64,000 nt of DNA. Origin: Spirochaetota bacterium. Lineage in GTDB: Bacteria > Spirochaetota > JAHITG01 > JAFGFC01. Below, one piece after another: positions 55,047 to 64,000 of the stretch. The notes under the pieces were generated by a model. It did not search any database, was not told the origin of the DNA, and saw only the letters and a program-made list of their open reading frames with translations. The stretch covers positions 13,710-77,709 of the forward strand of contig JAFGFC010000110.1 in the NCBI GenBank assembly GCA_016931325.1, written 5' to 3'. The translations under genes were made by a program, and so were the position numbers. Every line of letters begins with the position of its first letter. Within the stretch, counting starts at the first letter, position 1.

Positions 55047-58000
55047 ATGCATTTCATCGCAGATTTTCATATTCATTCGCAGTACTCCAGGGCCACAAGC
55101 AAACAATGTGAGATCCCTTCCCTATATGCATGGTCCACTATAAAAGGAATATCGGTTCTGGGAACCGGGGATTTTACCCATCCGGCCTGGTACAAGCAGC
55201 TGAAAGAGACCCTCACGGGTGATGACAGCGGTCTTTTTAAAGTAAAAGAAAATATTAAAAAAGACAGGTCTTTTCCATATCCTGTCCTTTCCGGCAGAGA
55301 TGTAAAATTTATCCTGTCAGCCGAGATCAGCTGTATCTACAAGAAGAACGATAAGGTTCGAAAGATCCATAACCTGATCATGATGCCGGATTTTGAAAGT
55401 GTAGAAAGGTTGAATAAAAAATTATCTTCCATTGGAAATATTGTTTCTGACGGAAGGCCTATTTTAGGCCTGGACAGCAAGGCCCTTCTCGAGATTATAC
55501 TGGAGATCAATGAGAATTCTATCTTTATACCGGCCCATATATGGACCCCCTGGTTCTCTCTTTTCGGGGCTAAATCCGGCTTTAATACCATAGAAGAATG
55601 TTTTGAAGATCTCACGAAGGAGATCTTTGCTCTTGAAACAGGATTATCCTCTGACCCGGCCATGAACTGGCGATTATCCGCCCTTGACCGGTTTAACCTG
55701 ATATCCAATTCCGATGCTCATTCTCCCCTTAATATTGCCAGGGAGGCCAATCTGTTCAACACAGAACTTGATTTTTTTCATATTCGCAAAGCCCTGAAGG
55801 ACAAGAGATCAAAAGAATTTTTAGGTACACTGGAATTTTATCCTGAAGAAGGTAAGTATCATTATGATGGACACAGGAATTGCCAGACCAGGCTGACACC
55901 CAGAGAAGCCATTCGGAACAAATATCTCTGCCCGGTTTGCGGCAAGCCCATAACCATAGGTGTCCTTCACAGAGTGGAACATCTGGCAGACAGGGAAGAA
56001 GGGTTCAGGCCTGAGGATGCCAAAGATTTTGAAAGTTTGATTCCCCTGACAGAGGTCATTGGAGAGAGTCTGGGAGTGGGAAAATCAAGTAAAAAGGTCG
56101 AAATCCTTTATCATCAGTTGGTTTCAGCTCTGGGAGATGAACTGAGTATTTTAAGGCATATCCCTCTGGAAGAGATTAAAAAATATTCTACGGCCATTAT
56201 AGCCGAAGGGATCCGACGTGTAAGGGGAAAAAAGCTAAAGATCCTTCCCGGGTATGATGGTGAATACGGGAAAATATCTATTTTCACCGAAGAGGAGAGA
56301 ACGGATAATGCCGCTCAGCTGTTGCTTTTATCCATACGGAAAGAAGAAAAAGAAAATGAAAAAGAAAAAAAAGAAAAAGTGAAAGCAAAGGTGTTTAAAG
56401 ACACAAGGAAGAAAAAGATAAAAGAAGGCATCAATGAAGAACAAAGAGAGGTTATCAAAGAAATGGAAGGCCCTGTCATTGTCCTGGCCGGACCGGGAAC
56501 AGGGAAAACGTATACCCTGATCCAAAGGATAGAATATCTTATAAAGCATAATGTTGATCCTTGTCATATTCTGGCCATTACCTTTACGAATAAAGCCGCC
56601 ATAGAGATAAAAAACAGGACCAGAGACAGGGTTTCAGGGGATATCACAGTAGGTACATTTCATACCATTGCCCTTTCCCTTCTAAGAGAGAACAACATAA
56701 AGAAAAGAATATTTGATACGATGGACTGTTTGCAGATCATTAAAGAGATCAGGAAAGAATGGGACATTCAGGCCCCGGCGGTTGAGTTAAAGGAAAAAAT
56801 TTCTTTGATCAAAGTCAAGAAAGAACCCGTGGCCATAGAGGAGAGGGAGACGGCAAAGGTCTTTCAGGCCTATGAGGAGAAATTAGATGCTCTTCAGGCC
56901 ATGGATTATGATGATATTATTATTGAAGCCTTTCATCTTTTAAAAGAGAATAAAGGGATTTTAAAAACATACCGGGAAAGGTTCTCTTTTCTTCTGGTAG
57001 ATGAATTCCAGGACATTAACAGGCTTGAATATGAATTTATTACGTTGCTGGCCGGGGAAGGAAAAAATCTTTTTGTTATTGGTGACCCTGACCAGTCGAT
57101 CTATCAGTTCAGGGGCGCCTGTGGGGATTTTTTATACCGGCTGAAAGAGGATTTTCCTTCCTCCAGGATCTTTTCTCTGAAAAAAAATTACAGGAACCCC
57201 CGGGATTTGCTCAAGGCCGCTTTGCACCTTATAAAGGATGTATCACAGAATATCAGATCAGAAGACGATATCATCTCTGAGATCGAACAGGTCGATCCCT
57301 TGAGTCTTATTACCGCACCCACGGACCTTTCCGCGTGCATCCAGATCGCTAAAATGATTACTAAGGAGTTTGGCGGGTCCTCGATGCAGCAGGCAGACAG
57401 TCTGGATGAAAAAAACGCCAGGAGTTTTTCTGATTTTGCCATACTGGTAAGGGCCTCTTTTCTCATCCCTCTGATAGAAGAAGTTCTGGCCAAGGAAGGG
57501 ATTCCTTACAGGTTGTACGGTGAAAGATCATTCTTTGAGAAAAAGATACCCCGCTTTATCATTAATTCTTTGAAACTTGTCCGGGAAGGATTTTCCCCGT
57601 TCCGTTTTTTTCAAATGCTTGATTATTTTGATGAGAAATTAAAAATAAAAGCGGGCTCATGTCTTCTGGATCATGAGAACCTGGATCTTGTATTACAATT
57701 TGCCGGATCATTCAAAGAGCAGAAAAAGGCTAAAATAAATGTATTTGTGTCAATGGTAAAGTCAATGCTGTCCTCACCTTTGAAAAGTCCATCATGTTAT
57801 ATAGAACAGATGGAAGGACTTTTTAATGGTGATGAAGATTTCGAACGTATGAAGAGGATATCGCAGGTCTATCCCTCTTTAGATGATCTGTTGCAGGTGA
57901 TCCTGACAGGGAAAGATCAGGATCTCGTGCAACCCTCTCAGGCCCATCATGCGGCCGAGTATGTATCGCTTATGACGATCCATGCGGCCAAGGGGCTTGA

Positions 58001-58280
58001 ATTTCCTGTTGTCTTTCTCTATGGATTCAATCAAGAGATCCTTCCTTACAAGCAAGCTGATGGGAAAGAGGAGAAGAGGCTTTTTTATGTTGCCATGACC
58101 CGCTGCCGGGAAAAATTATATCTTGTGACGCCTCAAAAGTTGAGACTGTTCGGACAGGACAGGGCATTGAATGTCTCTGATTTTTTACAGAGCATCCCGG
58201 ATCAATATATAAAAAAGATAGAGAAAGAGTTTAAATTTAAAAAGAAACAAAAGGTGGACCAGCTGGCTTTGTTCCAGTAA
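55047..58280 (+). CDS. Fusion of an EndoQ-like (TIGR00375-type) PHP nuclease with a UvrD/PcrA-family SF1 helicase
   Basis: The N-terminal ~420 aa show FIADFHIHSQYSRATS, GTGDFTHPAW, IPAHIWTPWFSL, LISNSDAHSP, GKYHYDGHRNC, CPVCGKPITIGVLHRV and ILPGYDGEYGKISIF. A Lys/Glu linker follows. Then come the helicase motifs AGPGTGKT, LLVDEFQD, VIGDPDQSIYQFRGA, KKNYRN, TIHAAKGLEFPVVF and LFYVAMTRCREKLYL. Confidence 0.88.
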   Translation: MHFIADFHIHSQYSRATSKQCEIPSLYAWSTIKGISVLGTGDFTHPAWYKQLKETLTGDDSGLFKVKENIKKDRSFPYPVLSGRDVKFILSAEISCIYKKNDKVRKIHNLIMMPDFESVERLNKKLSSIGNIVSDGRPILGLDSKALLEIILEINENSIFIPAHIWTPWFSLFGAKSGFNTIEECFEDLTKEIFALETGLSSDPAMNWRLSALDRFNLISNSDAHSPLNIAREANLFNTELDFFHIRKALKDKRSKEFLGTLEFYPEEGKYHYDGHRNCQTRLTPREAIRNKYLCPVCGKPITIGVLHRVEHLADREEGFRPEDAKDFESLIPLTEVIGESLGVGKSSKKVEILYHQLVSALGDELSILRHIPLEEIKKYSTAIIAEGIRRVRGKKLKILPGYDGEYGKISIFTEEERTDNAAQLLLLSIRKEEKENEKEKKEKVKAKVFKDTRKKKIKEGINEEQREVIKEMEGPVIVLAGPGTGKTYTLIQRIEYLIKHNVDPCHILAITFTNKAAIEIKNRTRDRVSGDITVGTFHTIALSLLRENNIKKRIFDTMDCLQIIKEIRKEWDIQAPAVELKEKISLIKVKKEPVAIEERETAKVFQAYEEKLDALQAMDYDDIIIEAFHLLKENKGILKTYRERFSFLLVDEFQDINRLEYEFITLLAGEGKNLFVIGDPDQSIYQFRGACGDFLYRLKEDFPSSRIFSLKKNYRNPRDLLKAALHLIKDVSQNIRSEDDIISEIEQVDPLSLITAPTDLSACIQIAKMITKEFGGSSMQQADSLDEKNARSFSDFAILVRASFLIPLIEEVLAKEGIPYRLYGERSFFEKKIPRFIINSLKLVREGFSPFRFFQMLDYFDEKLKIKAGSCLLDHENLDLVLQFAGSFKEQKKAKINVFVSMVKSMLSSPLKSPSCYIEQMEGLFNGDEDFERMKRISQVYPSLDDLLQVILTGKDQDLVQPSQAHHAAEYVSLMTIHAAKGLEFPVVFLYGFNQEILPYKQADGKEEKRLFYVAMTRCREKLYLVTPQKLRLFGQDRALNVSDFLQSIPDQYIKKIEKEFKFKKKQKVDQLALFQ

Positions 58281-58315
58281 AAAAAGACGAAGAAGAAAGA
58301 TCAGGATAAAGGAAT

Positions 58316-59302
58316 ATGGATCTGAGAAAATTAAAAATAGGGATCATCGGCTGTGGCCGGTGGGGGATGACCCATCTTAAAGTCCTTTCCCGCATGGTGA
58401 AAAAAGAACAGTTGTTCATGTCTGATACGGATAAAAAGAAGTTATCTCAGGGTTCTTTATCCGTGAACAGGACCTATCATGATTATAAAAGAATGATAAA
58501 AGAGAATCAATTGAACTGTGTATTTGTTGTGTCCTCAACGATACACCATTATACCATTGCCAGGTACTGTCTTGAACAGGGACTGGATGTTTTTATTGAA
58601 AAACCCATGACAGTGAAAAGCAGCCAGGCTTTTGAACTCGTAACCCTGAGCCGGGGAAAAAAAAGATTGCTCGTTCCCGGTCACATCTTTTTATATAAAA
58701 AGGCCTTTGAAAGAATAAGATCCGAGTTTAACAGGGATGAAAAACATAATTTATTTATCATGAAAAGGCTCAATAACGGTCCGGCTATCCTGGATGAAGG
58801 CGTTATCTTCGATCTGGCCGTACATGACATATATATGTGTCTTCATCTCTTGGGTTCTTCTCCTGTTTCGGTCTTTGCTAAGGGGGTATTTAAGAATAAG
58901 GCTCTTGTCGGAGCCAGTATCATCTTAACGTTCAAGAATGCTCTTGTTACGATCCTGTCCGGATGGCTCGGACTGGGATCCGCCAGAGGGGTTCATATCC
59001 TCAACGGCAATAAGGAATTTATCTGGGAGGATATTGATCCACCGTCGCTGGTTATAAAAAAATCACTGAAGAAAAAAAAGAGAACCTTTCAAAATAAAAG
59101 GATCGATCTTGAAGGCCCCTGTGCCGCACAGGATGTGATCTCTTCTTTTACGGAGAACGCCCTTATGGAGGAGGACAGATTGTTTTTGCAGTCCTGCCTC
59201 ACAAGAAGATCTTTTGTAAAACCTGAGGAAGGGTATATGACCGTCAGGATCATGGAGATGATCTCAAAATCTTTAAAAAGCTCCAGAGAGGTAACCCTGT
59301 GA
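58316..59302 (+). CDS. Gfo/Idh/MocA-family NAD(P)-dependent oxidoreductase (WbpB/GnnA-like)
   Basis: KIGIIGCGRWG Rossmann motif, VFIEKPM, and its context upstream of a DegT aminotransferase. Confidence 0.85.
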   Translation: MDLRKLKIGIIGCGRWGMTHLKVLSRMVKKEQLFMSDTDKKKLSQGSLSVNRTYHDYKRMIKENQLNCVFVVSSTIHHYTIARYCLEQGLDVFIEKPMTVKSSQAFELVTLSRGKKRLLVPGHIFLYKKAFERIRSEFNRDEKHNLFIMKRLNNGPAILDEGVIFDLAVHDIYMCLHLLGSSPVSVFAKGVFKNKALVGASIILTFKNALVTILSGWLGLGSARGVHILNGNKEFIWEDIDPPSLVIKKSLKKKKRTFQNKRIDLEGPCAAQDVISSFTENALMEEDRLFLQSCLTRRSFVKPEEGYMTVRIMEMISKSLKSSREVTL

Positions 59303-60420
59303 AATTTCTGGATCTCACATGGCAGTTTGACCAGATCGAAGGACTGGGAGAAAAGATCGTTGAACTGGTAAGAAAAGGGACACTGGTCCTTTCCGATGAA
59401 GTAACCAGGTTCGAAAATCTCTGGGCCGGATACATTGGATCGAAATATTGTGTGGGATTGAATTCAGGTACAGATGCTTTGACTCTGGCTTTGAAGGCGG
59501 GAGGAATAAAAAAAGGCGACAGGGTCCTTGTTCAAACCAACACTTTCGCTTCCACGGTCTATGCGATTGTACAGAACGGAGGCATTCCTGTCTTTCTGGA
59601 TATCGACAGCCGGTACGGTTGCCTGGATAGGAAAGATCTGGAAAAAAAAGTGAAAAGCGCAAAGCCAAAGGCCATGATCATGGTCCACCTGTACGGCGGC
59701 GCTTTTTTTGCGTCCCAGATCGCTGATATGGCCAGAAAGGATAATATCCTGCTTATTGAAGATTGCGCTCAGGCCCATGGGGCTAAATGGAAAGATAAAA
59801 AGGCCGGAACGTTCAGTGATATCAGCTGTTTTTCCTTTTTCCCTTCCAAGAATCTGGGAGCCACAGGGGATGCCGGTTGTATCTGTACGGATAATTCAGA
59901 CTATGCTGAAAAGGTTCTGATGTACAGGAATATCGGATCGAAAATGAAAAATGTGCATGAACTGGAATGGGGAACGAACAGCCGATTAGACGCGTTGCAC
60001 GCTCTGGTCCTAACGGAAAAATTAAAATTTCTGGACAAATGGAATGAAAAAAGAAGAAGAATCGCCCAGAGGTACAGGACGGCTTTATCAAAACTGCCTC
60101 TTTTTATTTACCATGAACATCCTGAGGCTTACCATGTTTATCATCAATTTGTCGTCATGGCGAAAAACAGACAAAAGGTCATGGATCATTTACGATCCCA
60201 TAATATACCTGTTCTTATCCATTATCCGACAGCCTGTCATAAACAAAAGGCCTTTAAACAATACGCTCATGGGTCTTTGCCTGTTTCAGAAAAAATTATT
60301 GAACATCACTTTTCACTGCCTATGTCGCCTCACCTGACTCAAAGGGAAGTTGATCTTGTATGTGAGAAATTAGCGGAGGTGCTTGAAAATGAAGAAGAAT
60401 TCAAACCTCTATATCGTTAA
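59299..60420 (+). CDS. DegT/DnrJ/EryC1/StrS-family PLP-dependent sugar aminotransferase (WbpE/GnnB-like)
   Basis: [23 protein letters not shown] and [15 protein letters not shown] (PLP Lys). ATGA-type overlap with the upstream gene. Confidence 0.92.
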   Translation: MKFLDLTWQFDQIEGLGEKIVELVRKGTLVLSDEVTRFENLWAGYIGSKYCVGLNSGTDALTLALKAGGIKKGDRVLVQTNTFASTVYAIVQNGGIPVFLDIDSRYGCLDRKDLEKKVKSAKPKAMIMVHLYGGAFFASQIADMARKDNILLIEDCAQAHGAKWKDKKAGTFSDISCFSFFPSKNLGATGDAGCICTDNSDYAEKVLMYRNIGSKMKNVHELEWGTNSRLDALHALVLTEKLKFLDKWNEKRRRIAQRYRTALSKLPLFIYHEHPEAYHVYHQFVVMAKNRQKVMDHLRSHNIPVLIHYPTACHKQKAFKQYAHGSLPVSEKIIEHHFSLPMSPHLTQREVDLVCEKLAEVLENEEEFKPLYR

Positions 60421-60925
60421 AGGGCAATTCTCTATTGTAAACGGTGATATTGGCGAAGAGACCGTCATATGGAATTTTGTGAATATCATGGAAGGGGCCC
60501 GCGTGGGAAAAAGGTGCACGGTCTGTGATTATGTTTTCATAGAAACAGGAGCTGATATAGGCAATGATGTGATCATAAAGAACAATGTACAGATCTGGAA
60601 AGGTGTGACCATAGCCGATGCCGTGTTTGTGGGGCCGGGTGTGGTTTTTGTGAATGACAGATATCCCCGGAGCAGGATGATAAAGCAGATACAATCCGGC
60701 CACGATCCCGAGGATGAGTATGCTGTTAGAGAGAGGGATTGGCTGGAAAAGACCGTATTACAGAAAGGCTGTTCAATCGGAGCCAATGCAACGATCCTGT
60801 GCGGCGTCAAGATCGGTGAGATGGCCATCATCGGAGCCGGTTCCGTTGTTTTGAAAGATGTGCCGCCCCGGTCTGTCGTGGCGGGGAATCCGGCAAAGAT
60901 CATAAGGAGAAATATTGACAGATGA
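60389..60925 (+). CDS. Left-handed beta-helix (hexapeptide-repeat) N-acetyltransferase (WbpD/WxcM-like)
   Basis: Hexapeptide repeats [31 protein letters not shown] and [28 protein letters not shown] at 60389; the tracked TTG is at 60383. Confidence 0.85.
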   Translation: MKKNSNLYIVKGQFSIVNGDIGEETVIWNFVNIMEGARVGKRCTVCDYVFIETGADIGNDVIIKNNVQIWKGVTIADAVFVGPGVVFVNDRYPRSRMIKQIQSGHDPEDEYAVRERDWLEKTVLQKGCSIGANATILCGVKIGEMAIIGAGSVVLKDVPPRSVVAGNPAKIIRRNIDR

Positions 60926-61638
60926 GAAAACCAAATTCACTGTCCATTGGCGTCATGGCCTATAATGAAGAAGAGTATCTTGAAAGAACAGTAAAAGATG
61001 CCATCCAGGTGTTGAACAGAACAGGTCTGGATTATGAAATACTCATCTTTAATGATGGAAGCAGTGACAGGACGGGTCAGATCGCCATTCATCTGGCCAG
61101 AAAGAATAAAAGGATAAAAGTGATCCATCACCGGGTGAATAAAGGCGTGGGGATCTCGATAAGGGAGGCCATAAAGAAAGCCTCCAAAGAATTTTTTACC
61201 TATATACCGGGAGATTATCAGTTCGATATCAAAAGTATCAATCGGTATGTCCGGCATATGGAAGATCATGATTGTTTAATAGGTTATATCATCAATACAA
61301 AGATCAGACAATGGTACAGGAGAGTGGCTTCCCAGATATTTGCTAACGTTATCAAGCTTTTATTCCATATCGATATAAAGTATACCAATGGATTCAATTT
61401 TATAAAAAGCCGGATGCTGAAAAGTATTCATTTTTCTTCGACCGGGCATACGATCTCCAGCGAGATTATCGTCAAGGTACTCAAATTCAGAAAAGCCCGC
61501 TTCAAGAATATCCCCTTCAAACTGGTGAAAAAAGATGTTGATGTGTCCACAGCCTTTAAACCGGGAAGCATTGTTAATGCAATGTGGTCAACGTTTTTAT
61601 TGTGGAAAGATATCACCATTCTGAGAAAGAAATTCTAA
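60922..61638 (+). CDS. Family 2 glycosyltransferase
   Basis: [27 protein letters not shown] and the YIPGDYQ (DxD-like) context. Confidence 0.87.
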   Translation: MRKPNSLSIGVMAYNEEEYLERTVKDAIQVLNRTGLDYEILIFNDGSSDRTGQIAIHLARKNKRIKVIHHRVNKGVGISIREAIKKASKEFFTYIPGDYQFDIKSINRYVRHMEDHDCLIGYIINTKIRQWYRRVASQIFANVIKLLFHIDIKYTNGFNFIKSRMLKSIHFSSTGHTISSEIIVKVLKFRKARFKNIPFKLVKKDVDVSTAFKPGSIVNAMWSTFLLWKDITILRKKF

Positions 61639-62567
61639 GAGGGTTTTTTTAAATATTTTTCGATCTGTTTGATGACCGTATCCCTATCGATAAATTTTAT
61701 ACAGGCTTTTTTATAAGGGCAGGTCGGGTTCATGCAGGGGATACATTCCCGTTTTATGGGAGGAAGGATCTTTACACCGCGGTTATACATGTAGACCTCA
61801 TTGGAAAACGTTGGTCCGTAAAGAGCCACCACTTTTTTCTTCAACGCCAGGGCCAGATGCAGGCCCAGGCTGTCGTGAGTGACAATGAGGCGGCAGGAGT
61901 TCAACCAATCGATATATTCTTCAATGTTTGACAGACCCTTCTGACGGCTGACCGTATACTTTCTTTTAAGACGCTTTTCCATCTCGTCCCAGTTCTCGCT
62001 TCCCCAGTGCTTGGTGGGCCACTTGGCGCCAATATGGTGGTTCAGCCCGATATCAAAGACTTCTTTGGAGCGTGGTTTATAGCCCAGGATATACTCTTCG
62101 CCGTTCCATTTGGCGCCCAAAAGCTCGTACAGAAAGTCCTGATAGGTCTGTTTGGAGAGTTTTTTCTTGAGCTCATTGTCCATACTGATGGAAAGCACCT
62201 TTTCAGCCCCCTGAAAGGCCTCGATCTGTCCATCCACAGGATTGAGACGAAATCCATATTTTTTTCCGGCCTTTATATTGTTGACCAGAGCGCAGATACC
62301 CGGTACTTTTTCAAGGTTGACCACCACATCGAAATACTCTGACTGAAGCTGAAGAACGGATAAGAGGTCAAAAGGAACAATACGGTCGATATGTTTAATT
62401 CCTCTGAGAAGGGGGATGCCATGTTCATCGGCAAGCCAGGTGACATGATCGTTTTTGTAAAGATGAAGCACGACCGTGGAGCGGAAAACGTCTCCCAGGC
62501 TTATGCTCTTTTCTATACGCTCGTCTAAAAATTCAGCCCAGCCTATTTTAACGATTAACACTTTCAT
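61635..62567 (-). CDS. Family 9 glycosyltransferase (heptosyltransferase-like)
   Basis: MKVLIVKIGWAE..., and the C-terminal LIVTHDSLGLHLALALKKKVVALYGPT matches the GT9 signature. Confidence 0.83.
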   Translation of the reverse strand: MKVLIVKIGWAEFLDERIEKSISLGDVFRSTVVLHLYKNDHVTWLADEHGIPLLRGIKHIDRIVPFDLLSVLQLQSEYFDVVVNLEKVPGICALVNNIKAGKKYGFRLNPVDGQIEAFQGAEKVLSISMDNELKKKLSKQTYQDFLYELLGAKWNGEEYILGYKPRSKEVFDIGLNHHIGAKWPTKHWGSENWDEMEKRLKRKYTVSRQKGLSNIEEYIDWLNSCRLIVTHDSLGLHLALALKKKVVALYGPTFSNEVYMYNRGVKILPPIKRECIPCMNPTCPYKKACIKFIDRDTVIKQIEKYLKKPS

Positions 62568-63466
62568 TTTTTAAAGAATTTTATATCCACTGATGTATGA
62601 CCGAATATCTGGAGTCGGTTGGTCTTTACCTTTATATCACAGGGGTTGCAATGCCCGAACCAGGCGCATTCCCTGTAGATGTCTTCCAGCTGGAATTCCG
62701 GGTCCAGTATGTGGCCTACAGGCACGCGTCTTTCATAAAAATCACTGTGGCACTTGTAGACATGGCCTGTCGGGCCCATGATCAGCTCCGTGGTCCTGCA
62801 AAGAACATTTTTTTTTACTTTCATGGAGACCGCTTCAGGATATTTATAGGTGCCATAGAGTTTGCCCTTGTATTCGCCCAGAAATTCCTTTGTCCGGAAA
62901 TCAATATTCATTTTTTTGCATTTTCCCTGAACGTCCAGTATATGTTTCTCCTGAAGCGGATGCATAACACCATAGAGGCCGATCTTGAAGCCGGCTTTCT
63001 GCATTTTCAGGACTTTTTTTATGGTCTTATTCAAATCCATCTGCTGCGGATGATAGGAGACCCGGATGGGAGCGTAAGGGGCAATTCTGTTCAGCCTTTC
63101 AGGGTCCACTTTCTTGATGAATTCGTCGACATCAAACTGCAGGTTGGTCAGAATATCAATATTGATGTCCTTTCTGATATGATTGATAATATAGATAAAA
63201 TCAGGGTGCAGAGACGGCTCACCCCCTCCGAAGGTTACGGGAACATCATCCCTTGATCTGATCCTGTTGATGGCCCGTACCCAGTCATCTCCGGTCATGA
63301 TCATTTTTAAAAATTTTCCTTCTTCATAATGATTGATACAGTAAGAACATTTCAGATTGCACCCCATAAAGATAAAGCAGGCGATATAATTATAGGTTTC
63401 AGGGATCTTTATTTCACTTAAATCTGCCTGTTTGAAAAAATCAAGGATACTTTGTTTTTTTCGCAT
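62564..63466 (-). CDS. Radical SAM protein
   Basis: FMGCNLKCSYCINHY (CxxxCxxC) and VTFGGGEPSLHP. A C-terminal Cys-rich stretch CHSDFY...CAWFGHCNPC is present. ATGA overlap with the GT9 gene. Confidence 0.87.
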   Translation of the reverse strand: MRKKQSILDFFKQADLSEIKIPETYNYIACFIFMGCNLKCSYCINHYEEGKFLKMIMTGDDWVRAINRIRSRDDVPVTFGGGEPSLHPDFIYIINHIRKDINIDILTNLQFDVDEFIKKVDPERLNRIAPYAPIRVSYHPQQMDLNKTIKKVLKMQKAGFKIGLYGVMHPLQEKHILDVQGKCKKMNIDFRTKEFLGEYKGKLYGTYKYPEAVSMKVKKNVLCRTTELIMGPTGHVYKCHSDFYERRVPVGHILDPEFQLEDIYRECAWFGHCNPCDIKVKTNRLQIFGHTSVDIKFFKK

Positions 63467-63474
63467 TGTGAATG

Positions 63475-64000
63475 TCAGTCTGACTTTCGTCTTTCTTTTA
63501 TAAATTGTCGTAAAAGAGGTTTATTGACTTGAAGGATAAAAAATTGCCTCTGATTCCCTGTGTTCGGGACGTAGCCCCCTTTGGGATTGATAAAGAACCG
63601 GGGATAGGACTGGATGACCCGGTCGAGGGAAGGCCTTGATACATAATCAAATCCGGTCTGTGTCAGAAGGACATAATCAAAGTCCATATCCTTTATAAAT
63701 TCCAGGATGGCAAACGTATTGGTCGTCACCTGATGGGTGGCTGATTGTCTCTGTGAATACCAGTAAAAGTATTCCCCTTTGCGGGAGAGGACTTTGGTAT
63801 CCTCCGGCGTGTTGACCCTGAACCATTTGGCCAGCTCCAGATAATGGGTAAAGACCGGATCATACTGGAAATTTCGTTCAATGGACATCAGTTCGGATGT
63901 CCGGGAAAAAGAAAAATAGACAAGGATAAAGACCAGAATGCCGAAAACGATCCGGGTATAATTTTTTGTCATGCGCCTTACAAGCTGGTAAAGGCCGTAG
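63475..64000 (-). CDS. Membrane-anchored protein, probably the C-terminal part of a longer (GT39/ArnT-like?) ORF that starts beyond the window
   Basis: The tracked ORF starts at ATG 63972, but the same frame stays open to base 64000 (...YGLYQLVRRMTKN...). One TM helix (IVFGILVFILVYFSF) is followed by a soluble domain. The functional guess is weak. Confidence 0.45.
   Translation of the reverse strand, partial: YGLYQLVRRMTKNYTRIVFGILVFILVYFSFSRTSELMSIERNFQYDPVFTHYLELAKWFRVNTPEDTKVLSRKGEYFYWYSQRQSATHQVTTNTFAILEFIKDMDFDYVLLTQTGFDYVSRPSLDRVIQSYPRFFINPKGGYVPNTGNQRQFFILQVNKPLLRQFIKERRKSD

Noticed and set aside
54851-55057. 68-aa minus-strand ORF in the nfeD/helicase intergenic region.
   Set aside because: Its start overlaps the start of the helicase gene and the consensus promoter. 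The product (MKCIPLLYFFFLLCQHLKEKPL...) has no motif and no SD. The region is better explained as promoter and UTR.
56328-56430. Purine-rich simple-sequence stretch (aaagaagaaaaagaaaatgaaaaagaaaaaaaagaaaaagtgaaagc) that looks like a tandem repeat or slippery homopolymer tract.
   Set aside because: It is in frame within the EndoQ-UvrD ORF and encodes a Lys/Glu linker between two folded domains. There is no exact repeat unit and no CRISPR-like spacing. Assembly error cannot be excluded without reads, but the frame is maintained on both sides.

Overview
64-kb chromosomal segment of an AT-rich diderm bacterium. PorV/PorQ-like barrels, a FlgD-Ig-type C-terminal domain, a bS22-like peptide, Rnf and MetVF suggest an uncultivated FCB-type anaerobe, but the lineage is inference only. 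I recognise about 55 protein genes and 2 tRNAs. I see no rRNA, CRISPR array, transposase, integrase or phage genes. Layout: (i) 1-16936, minus strand: nine tightly coupled genes forming an alpha-glucan locus. It ends in a >2471-codon secreted GH13 gene that the ORF track misses because its stop lies off-window. The locus also has five outer-membrane beta-barrel proteins (two PorV/PorQ-like, three large paralogues, one fused to CBM48), a CBM48 lipoprotein, a surface glycan-binding protein with a FlgD-Ig tail and a PBP-like lipoprotein. No SusC/SusD is present. (ii) hisD, a TPR protein, rpsA, ispH, a lone Mo-hydroxylase large subunit and an Fe-ADH. (iii) DUF1844, an untracked 30-codon hyperbasic ORF, MoxR-DUF58, COG1579-NIF3-tRNA(CAU), xseB and a sigma-70 factor. 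(iv) a hydantoinase-like amidohydrolase, rnfCDEAB without rnfG, and an orphan leuD. (v) a REC-STAS regulator divergent from an operon of a J-domain protein, a 938-aa protein with a FliG_C-like segment and a TIM-barrel protein. (vi) tRNA-Gly-tig-clpP-clpX-lon. (vii) purC, metF-metV, an EIIA protein, Usp and NfeD. (viii) an EndoQ-like nuclease fused to a UvrD helicase, behind a consensus promoter placed for leaderless translation. (ix) an amino-sugar and glycosyltransferase envelope cluster. Three intergenic spacers carry related hairpins built from tandem GTTYNNN heptamers. The best candidate for an undescribed system is the barrel-rich, SusC/D-less alpha-glucan locus. The J-domain/FliG_C-like operon comes second. 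All domain calls come from reading translated motifs by eye; no database search was run.
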